From NCBI RefSeq assembly GCF_009914755.1, contig NC_060927.1: 64,000 nt of DNA, one strand, 5' to 3'. Of the stretch, positions 55,130 through 64,000 are shown one piece after another. The position numbers and the translations under genes were made by a program. Each line of letters opens with the position of its first letter. Positions within the stretch are counted from its first letter, which is position 1. The DNA is from the human T2T-CHM13v2.0 reference genome, Homo sapiens. Below the pieces are notes generated by a model, which did not search any database, had not been told where the DNA came from, and saw nothing but the letters and a program-made list of their open reading frames with translations.

Positions 55130-57540
55130 AAATTGAAAAGTAAAGAGAAACCTATAAAAGTGATCTATTAAAAAGATCCTATTCAAAATAGAGACATGAA
55201 CTACATGAACTGGCAATATACTAAATTATAAAATAAAGTAAGTTCTGGAAATAATTTTTAAAAAGATAAAAAGAGCTTTTATATTTTGCACTCAATGTGA
55301 ACACAAGAAAACACAAACTTGCCATTTGGGAAAGATAAAAGAGAGGAAAGCGGAATTATGCAATTTCTACTCCAATTTAATTTAAAAAAAAATCAAACAA
55401 AGCTTAAGAGGCTTATTGAACTGAGACAAAACTAGAATCAGTGTTCGATTTGCAGAGCTAAAATCTGATGGCCAAGGGCAATTGAAAACCAAAATAGAAG
55501 ACAAAATGCTAAGCAAGAACTAGGTTGCATTCAAATGCCTTATCTGTAGCCCTAAACAATGAGTGAGTTTGAAGTTACTAAGTAGCATTCCAGAAGTATT
55601 TAGAGTGCAATTATGAAAAAAGACTAAAGAAAAAAAGACCTGAAAAGTATTCTGATATTTTTAAAAGAGGAAATTAACAGGTAGATTGCAGAAACTAGAC
55701 TAGTTTTTCCAAACTGTCAGGATTTCAGTCATTTCTGCATACTGTTAGTATTTGTTTTAAAAAGGACTAATTTAATTACTTCTATAAATGGAAACCAAGT
55801 ATCACTTACTACGAATAGAACTATTATGATGCATGTAATGAATACAAAATCGTCTTGTAAAATTCTAAATGCTCCTGCTTGCCAAAATTTCGAGTCTGAG
55901 ACCTTTTTCCACACACACAGACACAAAACTAGGAGTATTAGCAAGTGTTACTAAAAAATGTTAAATGAATACCAATACCAAACTGGACATCTTTCTAGAT
56001 GAAATTACATTTTATAATTAAAAAGTATGATTTTATATAATTTAACATCATTTAATTATTCAATTAATAATCATTTCAGTCAGTATACCACATAAAATCA
56101 ATTGAGGTTTAGCTAAATTCAACTTGAGCCACCAGTGGTATAATTTTACTTGGGCAAATGTGTCCTAGAAACTGCCATTATCACCTGTGGAGCTTTACAA
56201 ATACACCGATGTAGGCTCCACTAGTAGATATTCAGATTCAGTTGATGTGGGGGAAGCACTGACATTGTTATATTTCCAAAACTCCCAGTGATTCTAATGT
56301 ACAATCAAGACTGAGAACCCTCATCCAGAACAACAGACTAAATAGAAAAGATTATTTAGCGAATAGTTTAGGGGCATTTAGAAAACTAATTATTTAATAT
56401 AGAAGATCCATTCAACTTCATTTTATTTTTTGATACAATTTCTAGATTGATAATAATCAAGGCAAGATCACAGATAGGCCAGATACTGCTTTCAGCAAGG
56501 CGTTGAACAAATCTTGATTGTATTGCAGAAAGATTTAAAGTAAATGAGTGCTACATCATGATAAAAGTAGTTTGATTTATATCTAATTAAACTAATCTCC
56601 AAAGTGTATCTGAAGGTATGTGTGTATCCTATATTGTCCAAACCTCCATTTTGACAGTTGGAGAGAATCCAGAATGTGACTAGGAGGTGACATGATGTTA
56701 GGATGAACATATACGTGGAATGACAAAAGTCTACTTTAAAATTGCCCTTAATACTGGTGTGGTAATGTAATGTTTACATGAGAGAAAAAAAAACTGACTT
56801 CTGAATTTTGTGTTAAACATTTGTTTATGAAAGTACAAGATAATAGTTTTGTGGCTAGCAATTTATATGCTAAAAGATAGAGGAATTTATTAGTTTGCAC
56901 GTTCAGTGTGAACCATTAGAATGATGTGGCTATTAAACAAATAAAAACAAAATAAAAACAAAACAGTCCTCTCTAATGTAAGTTTAGCTTCTGTAAAATA
57001 AGAGTTGTCGTCATTATAGAATGTGTAATCCTCTTACTCAGAGTCATACTGGTCTTGGAATTCTATATTCTATTATGGATGCCAAGCTTTTTAAAGGTAA
57101 TGTTAAATAAGAGTTTACCAAAAGAAGAATTAATAGGATAAAGAAGGATTTTGAAGTGTTAAGATCTTTAAAAAAATGATTTAATGAGCTAGATATTTTA
57201 AAGTTTAAAAAATAATATATGTGAGGATTCCATGACAGTTTTCAAGGACAATCACCTACAAATGCTTGAAGGGCTCCTGCGCTAGGTGAATTTTTGGTAG
57301 ATATTTGTGTGGATGAGGTCAACTGAACCTGGAAAAATTATTATTGTCTAAAATCTGACCTCGAGTCAAGCCTCAGATTGTTCACTTTAATGGTCTGTCC
57401 TTAAGGAAAGGGTCTCTATTACAACTGGAAGTTTTCAGCCAAAGGAAGAGTGACTTCTTCTGGGAAATAGGATAGGTTTGTTGCTGGCAGTACAGCGAGC
57501 ATTTGGACAAGTTTCCTATTAGTTTCCTGACAGGTCTAAC
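55130..57540 (+). mobile_element. Patchy ancient L3/CR1 LINE remnants
   Basis: tttttaaaagaggaa...gtagattgcagaaactagac; tgatgtggctattaaa; caaatgcttgaagggct. Discontinuous, boundaries rough. Confidence 0.45.
56133..56322 (+). mobile_element. MER5A/B
   Basis: tcacctgtggagcttt...cagattcagtt...aaactcccagtgattctaatgtacaatcaagactgagaacc. Confidence 0.7.
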
Positions 57541-58589
57541 ATTTATTTAACACAAGGTCCAGAGGGACAAGCAATTTGTTTAACATCAGAAATGAAGTGA
57601 CAAGTAGAGGTTTCTAGTCGTCTTCCAATATGGGCAGTTGTTCTTTCTTGAAGAAAAATTTATATAAGACAACTTATATATTTATTACCAATCTCCTTCT
57701 ATGTTCTATTTCAAATGGCCATGGAGATTTTGAAGAAGGTAGAACTGTGTTTTCTGGCTTATGATGAAATTTGATATATCATCAATTTTCAAATCATTAG
57801 TAATTCAATCTTAACTGCTGAACTTCAACTAGGAGTCATGTACTCACGTATATAAAGAGTAAAATGTACATCTTATAAAACAATCTATATTTAGTAGCTG
57901 TGAGAATATTTAAGTCATTCAAATATATTAATTTGTCACAAAATTAGCATTAACAATTATGACTTTAAGCGAGTTTTTCTTTCTTTGAATAATGAAATAC
58001 AAAATTGTTGAAAATAAGTTCTCAATGACTTCCATTTAGTTTTGAAGTCTGTAAACATGCTGTGAAAGAGAAACAAGCTTTGGCATTTCTCTTCAAAGTA
58101 TTCTTCGAATTATAGATAACTATGTATAAATATTGCCCTAGTAAACTAAGCAGGTAATAAATGTTCTTTCCATGGCTCAGGACCTCCTGACCATAATCAA
58201 ATTGAATGAGTGAAAGATCTATATCCCACATCAGATTTTAAATCATCTAGCTCTCATAAAATGTCTGAGATATGATTATAAAATGAATTAACCATAATCC
58301 TTACTGTGGTGTCAGTTGCACATATTTAATTTTGCACGTTTTTAAAGGCTAATAAATCAGTGAACAGAAATATATGCCAAAAGCCATGACAATTTTTACT
58401 CTCAGTTAGATGAGGTGTGTTTCCTGTTACTTTAATAAATACTTATTCAGCCAAAGTTTCTGCCAGTGAAAGACTAAAGTTCTGCCAAGACCTTAAACAG
58501 AATAATAACATTTAAGTATTTAAAATTATTTTACTTCTCAGTAGATGTTCATTATATATTAGTTAAATGAATGAATAAAAAAGCATGAA

Positions 58590-58822
58590 CACTGAGATAA
58601 GATACTTGTATATATTCATAAAACAAAGTCCTGTGATTTTCAATCTTATTAGCTGTGTGACCGGGCATGCTACTTTTTTGTTCATATTTTCTCATCTATA
58701 AAATTAGAATATTAAATATAATACATACTGCATCAGAGTGTTGTGATAATTAAATAGAATAATGAATGTAAAGTGTTTAAAATAGTCCTGGCACATAGAA
58801 AATCCTCCACAAACAGTAACTG
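58590..58822 (+). mobile_element. MIR SINE
   Basis: attagctgtgtgacc...ttctcatctataaaat...gtaaagtgtttaaaatagtcctggcacatag. Confidence 0.8.
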
Positions 58823-59146
58823 CTGCTGTTGTTACTGCTACTGTCATTGCTGCTAATTGTCATCCTTTCTTCTTTCGATGTCTCAAAGTGTGGAGGAATG
58901 GTAAAAGAGCCTATAAAAATAGATATATGTTTGGTTAAGGGCCTCTCTTTGCTTTTTTACATTAAAATATAGAACATTTCATTCTGCTATCCATTTATAC
59001 ATACACATTTTTATGCACAAAAACATAGGAATCCAAACGACTTACTAGACCTAGATGAGACTTTGTAAAAATAGCATCAGTTAACACTAGTCAAGTGTTT
59101 TCTCTATAGGCAATATAGCCTGATGACTCAAGCTGTGCTCCTAAGG

Positions 59147-59270
59147 CAGTGCTTCCCAAAGGCAATATCTTAAAACACTACTTTTTAAGAATGTCTCACA
59201 AATGCTCCAAAATAAATACAAACAAATAAAACCCCAAAAAGTTTCAATGTCAAATAAATTTAGAAAACTG
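59147..59270 (+). mobile_element. hAT MITE (Charlie4-like)
   Basis: cagtgcttcccaaag...aacacta...tcaaataaatttagaaaactg. Confidence 0.45.
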
Positions 59271-59302
59271 CACATACAAAAATATTCTTGAGAATCCTGT
59301 AT

Positions 59303-59756
59303 TGTAGTGAGTATCATTATATTTCAAGTTATCCAGAATTCCCTTTCTTTGGCAAATAGCACCTTGATCTCTTTCCGGTAGTTACTTATCCACTATATGT
59401 GTAGTACTGGCGGAACTGCATATAAGAGGTGCCCTTCATACATAGAAGCAGACATAGGTAACTAAAGCAGTCCAATTGAAGTCTATCTCCTCTGGGTTTG
59501 AATTAACCAGAGTGACCCAAGGGCTGAAATAATCAACCAAAGGCATTTGGTGCTCATGCATTTCATGGTGGTTTCCCGAAAGAATTTTTTAAAAATTCTT
59601 ACTATTCAGACCCTGGCTTCTGTGTTTTCCAAGCTATTCTCTATTTTTCTTGTCAATTCTGTGAGATACTAGATATACTTAAATTATATTCCTCCTTTGC
59701 TTAATTTAGGCTGGGTCTTTCCTTTGGTTGCAATCAAGGATAATCTAACCGATAAA
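59303..59756 (+). mobile_element. Old MaLR LTR (MLT1K/L-like)
   Basis: tgtagtgag...ttctttggcaaatagcaccttgat...tttgcttaa...ggttgcaatcaagg...ctaaccgata. Confidence 0.55.
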
Positions 59757-61577
59757 GAGAAAAATAAACCAAAAAAAAACAAATATATCTACAACCCAAA
59801 AACCAGTCAAGAAAGAACTACATATATTCTATATATTTCATATTTCTATTTATATCTACCTATAAAATTTTGGTTTTGTTTATGTTTTAGCCACTATTGC
59901 TTAACCTGATTTGATCCAAAATTATGCTTTCCTGCTTCACCCTTTTGTCCCCTGAACATTTATTATCTGCAGTTAATATACTTTGAGCAAAGTGTTATGA
60001 TGTGTTAATTGCAGCCATGAAGAATAAGTTAAATTTGGACATTCGAGTCATTTCATAGCGCAATACTGCTTCTCTTACATTTATTTTCTCCACTTGTGCA
60101 TATCATCCCCATTGCATCTAAATGATTGAATCGCATCTCTCAAGTATTGCAAACTCCACACCTACACAAGAAAACTCATTTTAAAATGTGTCATTTGGGA
60201 TTTTGCGTAGGGATATAAAGAAGTGCCATTTTTCATTAAGTTTAAAAAGGAGATGGAAGCTTACCTCGGTTACTAGATTTCCCCCTGCTTTCCTCTCTAT
60301 TGGCTGAAGACAATTAATCAATAAGCAAGGACAGGGGTGAAAACATATGGTCTTTGATATTTAATAAATGAATTAGTGGAGTCCCTTGTTTAAGCATATA
60401 AATTAATAAGCATTAGGTCCTTTACTTAATGAGGAATTTCCCTTTTAAAACCTGAATGAATTATCGAAAAGACCATGGCGTAAATTCAAAGGCATTTTCT
60501 GACCTTCTTGTATTCTGGCTGGCATGAATTTTTAACAAGATGCTGTATATCTGGAAGGTCTACTAGAAATTGTTCATATGAAAACTGCACTTCAAAAAAA
60601 AGCCAAACTAGTGAAGCAAAGAAAGTACTTCAGAGAGCAAGAGAATATTTAACTTGTGGGAGATTAATGTTTTGAATTACATTTTGCTCTAAAATGTTAA
60701 CATAGGATGATAAAGACTTTTATCTTTATTGATTTTTTTCACATATTATTTAAAATTTTTCTACACTGTAGGATATAATGAAAATATAACTGCTAGTGTA
60801 TCTTTTAAGGGTAAAAATTATTGGTAAAAATAAGTTTCCAATGATCTTGCATTGTATAATAGTGCTTTATAAAATTTGTTATCTAAAATATGTTTTTCAA
60901 GATTTTTAAAGTCAAAAGAAAATTATTATACTAAAATGTGTTTCAAAATATCATATTTTTATATTAAAATATATTCCAATAAAATAATGTCAAAACTCTT
61001 GACACGGTCTCATAACACTTAATTTGAATGCAATACCTTGTATCTCAACAAAGATATTTCAGGCCTTTAATTAACCCTGAGAGAAAAGTGGCTAACAGAC
61101 AGCTAGCTTTTCTCTATAATCTGAGAACCTTGATTAAGAAAGCAGAATTAGAATCTGTAAAGCAGCTGTGCCTGAGGACTATTTACTCGCACAGTTCCTC
61201 AGAAGTCTTTTAGTAGCCAGGTGTATAAATTTTCACCAGTTCCCTCCAAAAGAGAAAAATACAAGCAATACAGCAAATAGCCCAAGAATCTAAGTTTATT
61301 CAATATAAAGATCATCCTTTTTTCCAGTATCTTTTCATACTGTTTTTCAGTTAAATAATGGTGATAATTGATGTTGATAGTTTATTTTCTAATGTCCTTA
61401 CTTAGCAAGTATAAAAGTTGGCATCTCCAAAATTTTTTAACTCATTGGCAAAACCAGGGGTTTAAAATTTTTATCCTGTAAGATTCAGAAGATTTAACAT
61501 TGTAGAATTTTAACTAAAAGTTTAACTAAGTATAGCTGATATTAAATAAAATTTAAAAATATTTAAAATTAAATATT

Positions 61578-62050
61578 CTTATTTCTGGGTTCTCTATCAT
61601 TGCAGCACTGTTCACAACAGAAAAGACATGCAGTTCACCTAAATGCCCATCAGTGATAGACTGGATCAAGAAAAAGTGGTACATATACACCATGGAATAC
61701 TATGCTGCCATAAAAAGGAATGAGATCATGTGCTTGGCAGGGACATGGATGGAACTGGAGGCTATTATCCTTAGCAAACTAACACAGAAACATAAAAACA
61801 AATACCACATGTTCTCACTTATAAGTGGGAGCTAAATGATAACATTTGGACACATAGCAGGGAACAACACTGGGGCCTTTCAGTGGATAGAATGTGGGAG
61901 GAGGGAGAGGATCAGGAAAAATAACTATTGGGTACTAGGCTTAATACCTGGGTGATGAAATAATCTGTACAACAAACCTCCACAACACAAGTTTACCTAT
62001 ATAATAAACCTGCATCTGTACCCCTCAACTTAAAATAAAAGTTAAATAAA
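61578..62050 (+). mobile_element. Short L1PA12-14-like insertion with a 20-nt 5' inversion
   Basis: ORF2 end (MIDWIKK.WYIYTMEYYAAIK), 3' UTR ggagaggatcaggaaaaataact...ctgggtgatgaaataatctgtacaacaaac; perfect 14-bp TSD taaaattaaatatt (61564-61577, 62051-62064). Confidence 0.92.
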
Positions 62051-63527
62051 TAAAATTAAATATTAAAACATTTCTTTCAAGCTCTAGACAGAAATAAATG
62101 GTAATGATTTTAGAAAAATACAGTCTACTAATATGAAAGATTTCTAATAAATCAATTTTTCAATGGCCTATTTTACTGATTTTCAACAAGGAAACATATC
62201 AGATTAATCTTTGATCCTACCTCATTCATCTCTGAGCATCGTGTGTAATAATAAATTTGCCTATTTTTTCTCCCCAATAAATACAAATTATTTGGAAGGA
62301 ACTTTAAAAATCTCTACCAAAGAATTGCACTGCTATACTTATATGCATACTTAAAGTGGTTAAAAAAATAAGGTCAATGTTATTGAATGAATCAATATCA
62401 TTCAATCCTCATAGAAGCAATTAGGATAATCTTTCCCAATATCAGGTATTGCAAAATTCTGCTTGGGTCTCCAGTGCACTACTGGGAGTGGGTGATAAAA
62501 TGGCAAGTAGACGAACATGATGGTTCACTGAAGAAATGCTAACAGGTTAAAGAATTACCTGAGTAATGCTTCTTACACTTAGGAATAAAAGCAGATCTTT
62601 GGGATATAACTTCTTAAGGACTCCCACATTTAACATTGATCATTTTATATTAACTTTATTTGAATATATGTAAACCTAAAACTAATTATAAACTCATTCT
62701 TAGAGTTTTAAAGAATTTTAAAATCAAAATAAAATTATAAAATAAATATAAAATATCTAATATTCAAAATCGAAATACAATTACTATTAGCCTACTATTG
62801 CAGATGATATTGTTTTGATGAAACCAAACAGCTGATTACACTGCAATGTGGTGCTGACTACTGTGGACTAGGTTCTTTCACCATTGCAGGATTTAACTGT
62901 ATATCATTAGGCAAAACTTAATTTCCCATTCCACAACATTGATTGAACTAGTGAAAATTTGTATGAGTAGTAAATTAGTTGTAATCTCCTTTTCTCTCTT
63001 TTGGGGAATGAAGGTATCTTCTACTTGTTAAGTCAATCTCAGTTCTTTTTCTATTTGCCCTCCACAGTTGCAGAAGAGCTGCATTTGGTTTGAGCAGGAT
63101 CTTAAACCTGAATCCAAAGTATGAGAGAAATCCTGTGCAGAACATTGCTTTTTGTTTCCATGATTATGAAGACACTTCCCTTTTAAACCTGAATATATTA
63201 TGTTAACATAAAAATAAAAGAAAATAATTAAAGAACTCATAGTGCCACAAAAAAATTCAGTGTATCTACCTTGAAAATACATTTGTATGGTTTCTTACAT
63301 TATGAATTCTGCTTTAAATATAAGTGTCTTTGAACTGAAATTTTCTTACAGACCTAAAGAAAAGTGGGGAACTATGACAAAAAATTTCAGAAGTCACAAA
63401 ATGACAGCAATGGCTGGGGCTTTGCAGTACCACCTAAGAAAGGTCAATAAAAACAAGAGAGAATAACAGAGAACACTTAAATTGTTTAGAACCTTGGTAT
63501 TATAATCTATATTTCTCTATATTCAAA

Positions 63528-63640
63528 AACACACACATATGCAAATAGACACATACATATTCATACTTATACATACATATACAGATATAAATAATATACA
63601 TGCATATTAAATATAAATAATATGCATGCATATATTTAAT
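63528..63640. repeat. AC/AT low-complexity tract
   Basis: Direct reading (acac, acat, atat units). Confidence 0.7.
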
Positions 63641-64000
63641 TCTTTTAACTCTTATGCTTGCCTGTCATGAATGGTCTAAGTGCTTAACACAAAAAAGAGA
63701 CCTAGGAACTTATTTTGAAGAGGAGCCAAATAACTGGCAACTGAAGAGACAGTACATATCTGTGACCAGTTTTGGAGGAAAAAATATATTATGTGGTGAC
63801 AATTGTGAATATGAAAAGTAAAACAACAAAAATGAAAATAAAACGTGCAAGCAAACAAAAACTAACAGCTGAAACCACTGTTGGGGATACAGATACAAGG
63901 CATGAAGAGTGAAAAATAAAGACCCTTTTTTCTGTTCCTCCTAATTCCAATTAGCTCACTAAATGCAACGAGTGTGAATAACTTGGTGATTCTTTCTAGT

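Overview
AT-rich primate (very likely human) non-coding DNA, judged from Alu J/S/Y, L1PA/L1PB, THE1C, MER41 and MLT2A elements. I see no intact protein-coding gene, RNA gene, CRISPR array or prokaryotic system. More than half of the window (rough visual estimate) is interspersed repeat: many L1s including a TSD-flanked full-length but dead L1PA15/16 at 31919-39476, seven Alus, MaLR/ERV LTRs, DNA-transposon MITEs and MIR/L2/L3 relics. The only gene-derived feature is a full-length, disabled, processed beta-actin pseudogene (25878-27632, minus strand; tentatively ACTBP6, from memory and unverified). The ORFs in the supplied track are repeat or pseudogene fragments or chance ORFs. The most interesting signals are mechanistic fossils: an L1PB1 that apparently transduced a polyadenylated MER41 LTR piece; a tail-less L1 ORF2 fragment inside a TA tract followed by fold-back copies of its own end; three twin-primed L1s, one with only a 20-nt inversion; a 17-nt micro-transduction; and several hairpin or templated-insertion scars. 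A unique block near 60.0-60.5 kb has retained CpGs and a frame-preserving 39-nt exon candidate. Repeat subfamily names come from remembered consensus sequences, and old-repeat boundaries are approximate. I found no evidence for a wholly new biological system.
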